Source: Candidatus Competibacterales bacterium (GTDB taxonomy: Bacteria > Pseudomonadota > Gammaproteobacteria > Competibacterales > JAHEDQ01). From it: a DNA stretch of 34,850 bases. The notes under the pieces are model-generated. The model had not been told where the DNA came from. It saw only the letters and a list, made by a program, of their open reading frames with translations, and searched no databases. Every line of letters begins with the position of its first letter. The first letter of the stretch is position 1. The DNA lies in assembly GCA_041587415.1 (NCBI GenBank), contig JBFGYN010000003.1, positions 1 through 34,850 on the forward strand, given 5' to 3'. Positions 1-8,031 of the stretch are shown one piece after another. Both the position numbers and the translations under genes were made by a program.

Positions 1-73
1 GCAAACCCGTCGAAAGGCGGGGACGCAAAGCTACGGGTCTACCGCTTCCTGGAGCCACGACGGCCGAGTTCCC
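1..73 (+). ncRNA. c-di-GMP-I (GEMM) riboswitch aptamer, 5'-truncated by the window edge
   Basis: GCAAA-CCCGTC-GAAA-GGCGGG-GACGCAAAG (1-30) reproduces the GEMM hairpin with its GAAA tetraloop and GACGCAAAG junction. The second stem GCTACGGGTCTAC...ACGACGGCCGAGTTCC carries the tetraloop-receptor-like GGTCTA...ACGAC. It lies about 70 nt upstream of a same-strand ORF. Confidence 0.88.
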
Positions 74-145
74 ACGGCGGGCGCTTACGCGCTCGAGCAG
101 AAATGGACGGCGCGCCCTTTCGGTAGCGCCGCGTAGGAGTTGAAC

Positions 146-892
146 ATGCACCTGCCCGTTTTTTCACACCGACTCTCTTACGGATTCCGCGTCATCTCCC
201 ACGATGACGAGTCCGAAGTGTGGCGGACCATGGTCATACTATGGAGCGCCGCAGTTCTTGTTGGCCTGGTTGCCGTCCTTGGGATTGGGAGCGCCCTCGT
301 TCACAGCGAGACGTATCACCGATTCCTGGAATCGCGTGTTCATGCGCCACCCGGTGAGATGGGTGAACAGGCGTCCCAGTTGGCGGCGCAGGTGCGCACA
401 TACCTGCGATCGGACGGAATCGGCCTCATCGACGAATTGTCTTTTACGAACCGTGAGCGGCTCCATTTTGCAGAAGTCCGCTCACTCATTCGGGAGGCCG
501 GCCAAGTTCTCTACGTTGCGGCCCATGCGGCGGTGCTGCTCGTGGTTGGCGTATTGGTTCGGTCACTGTTCTACGGGCGTTTCGCACTCGCGATCGTAGG
601 CGATTTTCTCATGCGCAGTTCGTTCATCCTGATACTGGGGGTCGCTGCCGCGAGCGTCGCGCTGTTTGTGGATTTCGATCAGAGTTACTACGAGCTGCAC
701 CAGATGCTATTCGTGTCCACTAACTGGCTGCTTCCTGCAGATTCGCTCACGCTTCGGTTATTTCCATCTCAGTACTTCATTCAATTCGCGATCGGTTGGG
801 GAGCCGGAGTTCTCACCTTTGCATGCATTTTGGCAGCGATTGGTCGGTTGCTCCGACTCACTGCCCACGAGCGTGGGCCCGCAGCCCGCTGA
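146..892 (+). CDS. DUF1461 / TIGR01906-type integral membrane protein (lipoprotein intramolecular transacylase Lit-like)
   Basis: About 4 hydrophobic segments; motifs ERLHFAEVR, YYELHQMLF, NWLLP and LFP..YF are typical of DUF1461. AGGAG at 135-139 precedes ATG146; ATG230 is an alternative start. Confidence 0.7.
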   Translation: MHLPVFSHRLSYGFRVISHDDESEVWRTMVILWSAAVLVGLVAVLGIGSALVHSETYHRFLESRVHAPPGEMGEQASQLAAQVRTYLRSDGIGLIDELSFTNRERLHFAEVRSLIREAGQVLYVAAHAAVLLVVGVLVRSLFYGRFALAIVGDFLMRSSFILILGVAAASVALFVDFDQSYYELHQMLFVSTNWLLPADSLTLRLFPSQYFIQFAIGWGAGVLTFACILAAIGRLLRLTAHERGPAAR

Positions 893-1014
893 TAGTCGTC
901 CTGCTGCGCGGGCAACTCCGGTTAGGCTGCAGCCCGCGAGATAACCCAGTTAGGTGTCGCACCGGGTCGGCTCCGGGCTACACTGCCGCCAACGAAGATA
1001 GCGGAGGCGGTTCC

Positions 1015-2028
1015 ATGGAAATGCTAGCCGACTATGGCCTGTTCTTGGCCAAGACGGTCACGGTGATCGTTGCGATCTTGACCGTGGTGGTGGGTGCGGG
1101 CGCAGCGGCCACCGCCGCGAAGGGCCGCGGAGGGCCGCGCGAGAAGGTTGAAGTTCGGAATCTCAATCAGCGCTACGAGCAAATGGCGGATGCGCTGCGA
1201 GCCGAAATCCTGTCAAAGCGGGCATTTCGCCAGGAGCGGCGCAAACGTCGTCGTCAACGGCGCAAGACTGAGCGGGGGCGCACGGACACCGAATCCCGAA
1301 AACGGTGCCTGTTCGTGCTCGATTTTCATGGCGACATACGTGCCTCGGCGGTGTCCGCGCTCCGGGAAGAGGTTACGAGCGTGCTTACGGTTGCACAGCC
1401 CGACGACGAAGTCTTGATTCGGCTTGAGAGTGCGGGCGGTCTGGTTCACGCTTACGGATTGGCCGCATCCCAGCTGGTGCGCATCAAGGAGCGTGACTTG
1501 CCTCTCACCGTCGCCGTCGACAAGGTGGCCGCGAGTGGCGGGTATATGATGGCCTGCGTCGCTGATCGAATTCTTGCCGCACCGTTCGCCGTCCTCGGAT
1601 CCATAGGCGTGGTTTCACAGCTGCCGAATTTCCATCGGCTGCTGAAACGACACAACGTCGACTTCGAGCTTTTCACTGCGGGTGAGTTCAAGCGAACGGT
1701 CACGTTATTTGGGGAAAACACCGAGGACGGGCGGCGTAAGCACCAATCGGACATCGAAGACCTGCACACGCTGTTCAAGGATTTCGTCAAGGAGCGCCGC
1801 CCGCAGGTCGATATCGATCGCGTTTCCACAGGCGAGCACTGGTTTGGGCGACGGGCGTTAGACATTCGCCTGGTGGATGAGCTCAAGACAAGCGACGACT
1901 ACCTGCTTTCGGCCCACGAATCCTCGAGCCTATTTTCTGTCCGATTCATCAGCCGCAAAGGTCTCGCTGAGCGGGTCGGCGAATTTGCTCACCGAGCCCT
2001 GCATCGAGGAGTAGACGGGGCAGTGTAA
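1015..2028 (+). CDS. sohB: Protease SohB (peptidase S49)
   Basis: N-terminal YGLFLAKTVT anchor, basic linker, LDFHGDIRAS, RLESAGGLVHAYGLAASQL, VAASGGYMMAC, TAGEFKRT and TGEHWFG. GGAGG precedes ATG1015. Confidence 0.93.
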   Translation: MEMLADYGLFLAKTVTVIVAILTVVVGAGAAATAAKGRGGPREKVEVRNLNQRYEQMADALRAEILSKRAFRQERRKRRRQRRKTERGRTDTESRKRCLFVLDFHGDIRASAVSALREEVTSVLTVAQPDDEVLIRLESAGGLVHAYGLAASQLVRIKERDLPLTVAVDKVAASGGYMMACVADRILAAPFAVLGSIGVVSQLPNFHRLLKRHNVDFELFTAGEFKRTVTLFGENTEDGRRKHQSDIEDLHTLFKDFVKERRPQVDIDRVSTGEHWFGRRALDIRLVDELKTSDDYLLSAHESSSLFSVRFISRKGLAERVGEFAHRALHRGVDGAV

Positions 2029-2089
2029 CGAGCGGGTTCGCGCACCCGTGCCGAGTGAAACCGCTTGCAGCGGCCGGACGCCCCACGTG

Positions 2090-2539
2090 TCATGCCGGTT
2101 TGCCGAGGCTCTGCGCGACTTCCCCGCGTGATTTCTCACGAGCCTCCTCATCGCGAAGCGCCTTCATGCCGTAAGCATGCCGGTTGATGAGATCCTCGAT
2201 TTCGTAGGCCAACTCGTAGTTGATCCGCCCGTCCTTGGGCACGAGTTTACTCACCTCGTCCTTCGCTTCCGGATACATTTTGAGCCTCGAGTTCAGCGCG
2301 ATGTACTCATCTCCGCTAATCTCCTGCTGTTGAAACTCCTGCTGGCCATAGTCGTTTCGAATGCGCGCAGCCATGATGCCCCAAAGGCACACGAACGCTC
2401 CGGCCAGGAGCACCTCAGCGATCCAAAGTCCGTGCTCACCGGACGACAGCGCCGCAAGGCCGCCAATTACGATGCACAGCCAGAATCCCAGTATGTAGTG
2501 TTTTCTAGTGTCCTCGAAGCGTGCAAATCGAATTCGCAT
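2090..2539 (-). CDS. Hypothetical membrane protein (2 N-terminal TM helices plus charged helical tail)
   Basis: 149-aa ORF filling the gap between sohB and the DUF3179 gene; GAGGA-like RBS upstream on the minus strand; two hydrophobic segments; no family recognised. Confidence 0.65.
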   Translation of the reverse strand: MRIRFARFEDTRKHYILGFWLCIVIGGLAALSSGEHGLWIAEVLLAGAFVCLWGIMAARIRNDYGQQEFQQQEISGDEYIALNSRLKMYPEAKDEVSKLVPKDGRINYELAYEIEDLINRHAYGMKALRDEEAREKSRGEVAQSLGKPA

Positions 2540-2682
2540 AGTGTCCGTCCTCGATGATGTGTGGAGGTATGGGCGTTGGTTCGGTCATCACGTGTCGACT
2601 GGCAATATTAGCGCATTGCGAGGAATCTGGGATGCCCGCTCAGCCGTAAGTTGAGAAATTCCGATTATTTGGAGTACGTCCG

Positions 2683-3642
2683 ATGAAGGGTCTTTTCATT
2701 CGCCGCGCCGGGGCGGGCACCGTGGCGCTGCTTCTCGCGTCACTGCTGTTCTCGGCGCCGCGCGGGGCGGACGCTGTCGTAAAGAACGGCTTCGACCTAA
2801 CCGGCGCCGACGTGCCGGACAGCGAAATTCTGCAAGGCGGTCCGCCGAGGGACGGCATTCCCGCCATCGATTCCCCGATGTTCATCGGTGCGGCCGAGGC
2901 GAGCCACGTGGCAGATGATCAGCGGGTTTTGGGCATTCATCGCCACGGAATCGCGAAGGCGTACCCCATTGCAATCATGAACTGGCACGAGGTTGTCAAC
3001 GACCGCTTCGGCGATGAGCCGGTGGCGGTTACGTTCTGTCCGTTGTGCGGAACCGGCATGGCGTTTCAATCTCACATTGCCGGTGCTGCTCGCAGCTTCG
3101 GCGTATCGGGCCTGCTCTACAATAGCGATGTGCTCCTATACGATCGGCAGACCGAGTCGCTCTGGTCGCAGATCGCACGGCGGGCGATCAGCGGGCCGCT
3201 AAAGGGGACGCGATTGAAGATGGTAACCCTCAGTCACACGTCCTGGCGCGACTGGCGCCACCGTTACCCCGACACGATGGTCCTCTCCGAGGAAACGGGA
3301 TACCGGCGCAATTACGACCGCGACCCGTACCGCGGCTACGACTCGAGCGAAAAACTGTTCTTTTCTGTCGCGCCCTACGGTGCGCGTTACCATCCGAAGG
3401 AACTGGTTATCGGACTCGAGATCGACGGACAGGAGCGCTGCTATCCGTTTGCCGAACTCGCGAAGGTCAATGGACGTTTCACCGAAATTGTTGCGGGCAG
3501 AAATCTCACTATCGAATTCGATGCCGAGAATCGAACCGGGCGAGTGCTGGACGAGGACGGAGTCGAGCTGCCGACGGTCATCGCCTTCTGGTTCGCGTGG
3601 TCCGCGTTCCACCCGGACACCGGCGTATTCGAAGCGCCCTGA
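2683..3642 (+). CDS. DUF3179 domain-containing exported protein (CxxC)
   Basis: Signal-peptide-like N-terminus; GGPPRDGIPAID, WHEVVND, TFCPLCGTG, FGVSGLLYNSD, YDRQTESLWSQ and FWFAWSAFHPDT; GGAG RBS. Confidence 0.88.
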   Translation: MKGLFIRRAGAGTVALLLASLLFSAPRGADAVVKNGFDLTGADVPDSEILQGGPPRDGIPAIDSPMFIGAAEASHVADDQRVLGIHRHGIAKAYPIAIMNWHEVVNDRFGDEPVAVTFCPLCGTGMAFQSHIAGAARSFGVSGLLYNSDVLLYDRQTESLWSQIARRAISGPLKGTRLKMVTLSHTSWRDWRHRYPDTMVLSEETGYRRNYDRDPYRGYDSSEKLFFSVAPYGARYHPKELVIGLEIDGQERCYPFAELAKVNGRFTEIVAGRNLTIEFDAENRTGRVLDEDGVELPTVIAFWFAWSAFHPDTGVFEAP

Positions 3643-3670
3643 TCGACTCGGCCTGCGTGATCCCGACCAC

Positions 3671-4021
3671 TCAATCCGAGGGCTCTCGGGAGCGTGGTTC
3701 CGGCGTCCCGAACAGCCGCAGCGGCTGAATCATCCACTCCAGATACGAGAGTGTGGCTCTGTGCATCGTTGCCGCAAACTGCGAATAGATCTCCGGTCCC
3801 GACGTGATATCGAGTCTTTCCTCGGTCAGACGCCCGTCCTGCAGCGAAACGCGCCGCTGGGTTACTTTCGTTGCGGCCGGTGTTCCGGAGATCTCGGTGA
3901 ACTGATATTGGAATCCAAACGAAGAAAACGGCAGACTCTGCCGCTCTCGCTCGATCGGTGGTCTCGATTCGCTTACGTCAACGGCAGTTGCGTCGGATTT
4001 TCTCGCCAGGTACTTGAACAC
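3671..4021 (-). CDS. Small hypothetical protein
   Basis: 116-aa ORF with a GTG start and GGAG about 7 nt upstream; fills the space between two real genes; no family recognised. Confidence 0.55.
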   Translation of the reverse strand: MFKYLARKSDATAVDVSESRPPIERERQSLPFSSFGFQYQFTEISGTPAATKVTQRRVSLQDGRLTEERLDITSGPEIYSQFAATMHRATLSYLEWMIQPLRLFGTPEPRSREPSD

Positions 4022-4309
4022 GTCTAAGCTCCGTTCTGTGGTGCATCATTGATACGGGTGACGCGGCAGTGTTACTCGAAGGTTCTCTCGAGCGCAACAG
4101 CAGCGTTTCCCTAGCCCGAAAAGCTCACCGGGATTCGGGAATGGAAGTGGATTCGGCAAGGCAGTTTGGGCCGAGTTTCGAATTGCAGGCACCGTTTCGG
4201 ATCGGGGAGTTCGGTGGCAGCTGAAAGGAGCCGCTCACCGGAGCAATTCATCGCCAAATGTCTCGCCCGATGCGAATTCCGCATCAAACCCATGAGGTCT
4301 TTAACGGGA

Positions 4310-5191
4310 ATGCCCGAGTATCTGACGACTCGAGAAGTGGCAGACTTGTTGCGCATCAAGGAGCGCAAGGTCTACGAGCTGGTTGGAGAAAATGCCATTC
4401 CTGTCAGCCGAGTTACTGGTAAGCTGCTGTTTCCAAGAAAAATGATTGAGGCTTGGGTGCGTCGCCACACGGAGTACCGCGACGCCACGGAAGGGCTGGG
4501 GGCGCATCCGCAGGTGCTGGCGGGCAGTCACGATCCTTTGTTGGAATGGGCACTTAGAGAGTCGGGCAGCGGGGTTGCCACCTATTTCGACGGCAGCTTG
4601 GTCGGCCTGGAGCGCATGGCTGCAGGGGAAGCGCTGGCGGCGGGGGTCCATCTCTTCGAGCCCGAGAGAGCGGATTGGAACGTGGATCATGTCCAACGGT
4701 TTCTGGCGGCGATGCCCGTCGTGCTCCTACAGTGGGCGTGGCGCAACCAGGGATTGATTTTGGCAGCCGGCAATCCCCTCGAGGTCGCGTCAATCCGCGA
4801 CGTCGCGGAGCTGCGAATGATCCCTCGCCAGGCGCAATCCGGCAGCCACCGATTGCTCGAGCATTTGCTTCGTGCCGAGCAGATGAATCCCGAATCCATA
4901 TCGTGGGTGGCACCCTGCGCGCGCAGCGAAGCCGATGTGGCGATGGTGGTCTGCGACGGTAAGGCGGATGCTGGATTCGGAATCGAAGCCGTGGCGCGCC
5001 AGTTCCGATTGCATTTCGTGCCACTGTTTCGTGAGCGCTACGACCTGGTGGTCTGGCGGCGGGACTACTTCGAGCCCGAGTTTCAACGTCTGCTGGATTT
5101 CGCGCGAGCGCCCGCTTTCGGACTCCGTGCGCGGGAGCTTGGTGGCTACGATCTCTCGGATACAGGGCGTGTTCTATACAACAGTCCGTAG
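4310..5191 (+). CDS. Excisionase-type HTH (HTH_17) plus PBP-like molybdate/tungstate-binding transcriptional regulator (TaoR-like)
   Basis: YLTTREVADLLRIKERKVYELV...IP...TGKLLFP is an Xis-family HTH. It is followed by AGSHDPLL, GSLVGL, RQAQSGS, ADAGFG, ERYDLV and LGGYD of the PBP_like domain. It is adjacent to the tup genes. ATG4292 is an alternative start. Confidence 0.85.
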   Translation: MPEYLTTREVADLLRIKERKVYELVGENAIPVSRVTGKLLFPRKMIEAWVRRHTEYRDATEGLGAHPQVLAGSHDPLLEWALRESGSGVATYFDGSLVGLERMAAGEALAAGVHLFEPERADWNVDHVQRFLAAMPVVLLQWAWRNQGLILAAGNPLEVASIRDVAELRMIPRQAQSGSHRLLEHLLRAEQMNPESISWVAPCARSEADVAMVVCDGKADAGFGIEAVARQFRLHFVPLFRERYDLVVWRRDYFEPEFQRLLDFARAPAFGLRARELGGYDLSDTGRVLYNSP

Positions 5192-5299
5192 TGCACCGAC
5201 CCGGCCGCTACACCGCTTCGCGGCTCGCACGCCTTGTTGTCGGAAGTCCGAATTTCGCGGGCCGGACACACGGTGTCGCGGCGCATCCGACGCACGTCT

Positions 5300-6154
5300 C
5301 TAGTGCCTGGCATGCTGGTCCGCATTCGGGAAGAACAGTTGTTGACCGTTCAGGCGAAAACTCGCGATTGCAGCCTGCCCATCGAGCCCAGTCAACCAAT
5401 CGATGAATACCTGACCGGCATCGGCTTTGACCCCGGCGTGCCGTGCCGGATTGACGAGGATAACGCCATACTGATTGAACAGCCGGTAGTCGCCTTCGAG
5501 CAGAATTTCGTGACTCCCCTTGTTCTCAAAGCTGATCCACGTGGCACGGTCTGTCAGGGTATAGGCGTCCATCCCTCGGGCAGCGTTCAGAGTTGCGCCC
5601 ATACCCGAGCCCGTTTCCCGATACCAGGTTCCGCTGGCGGAACGAACGTCCACGCCGCTTTGAGCCCACAGGGCCAGTTCCTTCTGGTGTGTGCCGCTGT
5701 CATCTCCCCGTGAGGCGAAGGGCGCATGGGTTTCCGCTATTCTCCCGAGTGCTGCCGTGACATCCCCGCTGCCGCGGATAGCCGCAGGGTCTGCCGGCGG
5801 TCCGACGAGGATGAAATCGTTGTACATGACATCCTGGCGACTTACCCCCCAGCCATTGGCGACGAACTGCTCCTCCGCCGATCTGGCGTGCACCATGAGC
5901 ACGTCGCCGTCGCCGTTTTTCGCGTTCTTCAGGGCCTGGCCCGTCCCGACCGCGACCACGCGCACCTCGATCCCCGATTCTTCGCTGAAAGCGGGCAGTA
6001 TGTGATCGAACAAGCCTGAGTTTTCCGTCGATGTGGTGGATTGCAGAATGATGTAGCGATTCTCCGCAAGAGACGGCGGCGGGGTGGCCAAGGTGAGCAA
6101 GGCAACCGCAAGCAAACCGGTCGCTGACAGGTTCTGTGCGCCAATGATCCACAC
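5300..6154 (-). CDS. tupA: Tungstate ABC transporter substrate-binding protein
   Basis: Signal peptide; QSTTSTENSGL, AVGTGQAL, DVLMVHA, MYNDF, SRGDDSGTH, GMGATL, TDRATW and FNQY. Confidence 0.9.
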   Translation of the reverse strand: MWIIGAQNLSATGLLAVALLTLATPPPSLAENRYIILQSTTSTENSGLFDHILPAFSEESGIEVRVVAVGTGQALKNAKNGDGDVLMVHARSAEEQFVANGWGVSRQDVMYNDFILVGPPADPAAIRGSGDVTAALGRIAETHAPFASRGDDSGTHQKELALWAQSGVDVRSASGTWYRETGSGMGATLNAARGMDAYTLTDRATWISFENKGSHEILLEGDYRLFNQYGVILVNPARHAGVKADAGQVFIDWLTGLDGQAAIASFRLNGQQLFFPNADQHARH

Positions 6155-6190
6155 GATGCTGCTACTCCCAGGTCGTTGTTGATTCCGCGC

Positions 6191-6964
6191 TCAAAGCACG
6201 ATTCGGCCGGCGAGGAAATCCGTGGCCCGTGCCGACATGGCGTCCTCGAAAAAGGATGGCGCCGTGCCGAGCTCCTCGATGCGTCCCCGATACAAGAAAA
6301 TCACTTCGCCCGCCAAGCGCTTCGCCTGCCCTAAATCGTGGGTGACCAGCACGATCTTGGTCCCGGATTCGTGAGCCACCTGAATCAGACGTTCAATGGT
6401 AAGTGTCGACGCCGGATCGAGACTAGCGGTGGGTTCGTCGAGAAATAGGACCTCCGGCTCCTGGCAGAGGGCGCGTGCCATGGCGAGGCGCTGCTGCTCC
6501 CCACCCGATAGGCGTCGTGCCGGCGTATCGGCCAACCCGAGCAGCCCCGCCGCCTCGAGCCAGAAACGCGCGCGTTCGGTCAAACCGGCGTAAGGATATG
6601 TGCGGCGGGCCTTGAGTGCGTAACGCACATTGGCAACAGTGGACCGTCGCAGAACCACCGGACGCTGGAAGACCATCGCCTGCCGCCTGCGAATCTCGTC
6701 GTCGGCGACCTTGCCGCGCCAGTGAATCGAACCGGATGTGGGTCGAATCAAGCCGTGCAGAAGACGCAGCAGCAGACTCTTGCCCGCGCCGTTCGGCCCT
6801 AGCACCACGGTTATCGCACCTACCGTCAAATTCAAATGTATGGCGTCTATGAGCCGACGGCCCTGCGCCTCGAAAACCAAGTCGCTGGCGACGAGGGGCA
6901 GAATCGAGTGAGGTGGTCGCGGAATCGAGCTTGAACGCCCGATCAGCAACGCGAGATCACGCAT
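6191..6964 (-). CDS. tupC: Tungstate ABC transporter ATP-binding protein
   Basis: GPNGAGKS, LSGGEQQR, LDEPTASLD and VTHD; lies between tupB and tupA and overlaps the tupB stop. Confidence 0.88.
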   Translation of the reverse strand: MRDLALLIGRSSSIPRPPHSILPLVASDLVFEAQGRRLIDAIHLNLTVGAITVVLGPNGAGKSLLLRLLHGLIRPTSGSIHWRGKVADDEIRRRQAMVFQRPVVLRRSTVANVRYALKARRTYPYAGLTERARFWLEAAGLLGLADTPARRLSGGEQQRLAMARALCQEPEVLFLDEPTASLDPASTLTIERLIQVAHESGTKIVLVTHDLGQAKRLAGEVIFLYRGRIEELGTAPSFFEDAMSARATDFLAGRIVL

Positions 6965-7664
6965 AGGCGGACCTCGCAGCCGTGGAATTCAGAGCCATGA
7001 CCAGACCGTTGATCGTGAAGGCAAGGCCGAGCAGGATCAGGCCCAGCGCCAGGGCGAGCCCCAGGTTGCCCTTGGATGTCTCGAGAGCAATGGCTGTCGT
7101 CATGACGCGGGTCACGTGGTTGATATTCCCACCCACGATGATGACGGCGCCAACTTCGGCGATGGCGCGGCCAAAACCGGCGAGCGCCACCGTGAGGAGC
7201 GTGTACCGACCGTCCCAAATCAGCGTGGCGATCAGGTCCAGTCCGGATACACCCATGGAGCGCAATTGCTCGTCGTACTCGGCATGTAAGTCTTCCAGCA
7301 CTTGCCGGGTGAGCGCCGCGACGATCGGGGTGACGAGAAGCGCCTGGGCAACGATCATTGCCGACGGCGTGTAGAGTAGTCCCAGCACGCCCAGTGGTCC
7401 CGAGCTGGACAGGATGAGATAGACAACCAGCCCTACGACCACAGGCGGCAGGCCCATGAGCGCATTCAGCAACACGGTGAGCACGCCGCGACCCCGAAAT
7501 CGATGTACGGCAATTGCCGCGCCAAGGGGTAACCCGAGGACGCAGGCGATCAACACCGCGGTCAAGCTAACCTGCAGGGAAAGGGAAACAATCTCGAGCA
7601 AGTCGTGATCACCCGAGAGGATCAGACGAAACGCCAGGCTGAACGCATCCGTGAGGTCTTGCAT
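6957..7664 (-). CDS. tupB: Tungstate ABC transporter permease
   Basis: MGLPPVVVGL, GFGRAIAEVGA, VGGNI and TRVMTTAIALETSKG are typical of TupB. Confidence 0.92.
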   Translation of the reverse strand: MQDLTDAFSLAFRLILSGDHDLLEIVSLSLQVSLTAVLIACVLGLPLGAAIAVHRFRGRGVLTVLLNALMGLPPVVVGLVVYLILSSSGPLGVLGLLYTPSAMIVAQALLVTPIVAALTRQVLEDLHAEYDEQLRSMGVSGLDLIATLIWDGRYTLLTVALAGFGRAIAEVGAVIIVGGNINHVTRVMTTAIALETSKGNLGLALALGLILLGLAFTINGLVMALNSTAARSAYA

Positions 7665-7699
7665 TGCCAGGACATCAATTCAAGAACCGGCGATCAGGC

Positions 7700-7782
7700 T
7701 AGCATACCTATGCGTTCTGTCCAGTTACACCGAGCCATGGAAAAATAAAAGACAAAAAAGCATTAAAAAGCACAATTTTTTT
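7700..7782. promoter_or_regulatory. Divergent tupB/liv control region: GCATA-CC-TATGC palindrome plus A-tracts phased at about 10 bp
   Basis: GCATACCTATGC at 7702-7713. AAATAAAAGA-CAAAAAAGCA-TTAAAAAGCA at 7743-7772 forms an AT-rich island in GC-rich DNA, about 40-110 nt upstream of the tupB start. Confidence 0.5.
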
Positions 7783-8031
7783 CGCCCAGCTTCCAGAGCA
7801 CCGTTTACATCCACCGGCTCCCGTCAGCCGCCAAACAAAGCGAGCGTTTTCCGGACGCCAAGTCAAAGCCAACACCCGTCGCAACCGTGCCGCGCGTGCT
7901 ATATGCGGTAAGATCGCCTGGCGAGCCGAGTAACTCACCGGAGCCCGGGCCGAGGCAGCCAGCCGTGACCTGCACCCGGTCAGGCTCTCGCAATAAGAGC
8001 AGACAGTGCCGTTCGAGGGAGGAGTCTTACC

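Noticed and set aside
796-1014. Long N-terminal extension of the sohB ORF in the ORF track
   Set aside because: It overlaps the upstream gene; SohB similarity and a GGAGG RBS begin at ATG1015.
1201-1310. Arg-rich run (RRKRRRQRRK) in SohB as a possible special signal
   Set aside because: A basic linker at this position is normal for the SohB N-terminal domain.
2683-3642. Selenocysteine recoding in DUF3179
   Set aside because: The motif is encoded as Cys-Pro-Leu-Cys, with no in-frame TGA before the normal C-terminus.
4049-4062. Possible FNR box TTGAT-ACGG-GTGAC
   Set aside because: Only one half-site matches, which is too weak to support.
4310-4470. Excisionase-like HTH as evidence of a prophage or ICE
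   Set aside because: It is fused to a PBP-like sensor domain next to tup genes; no integrase or phage genes are nearby.
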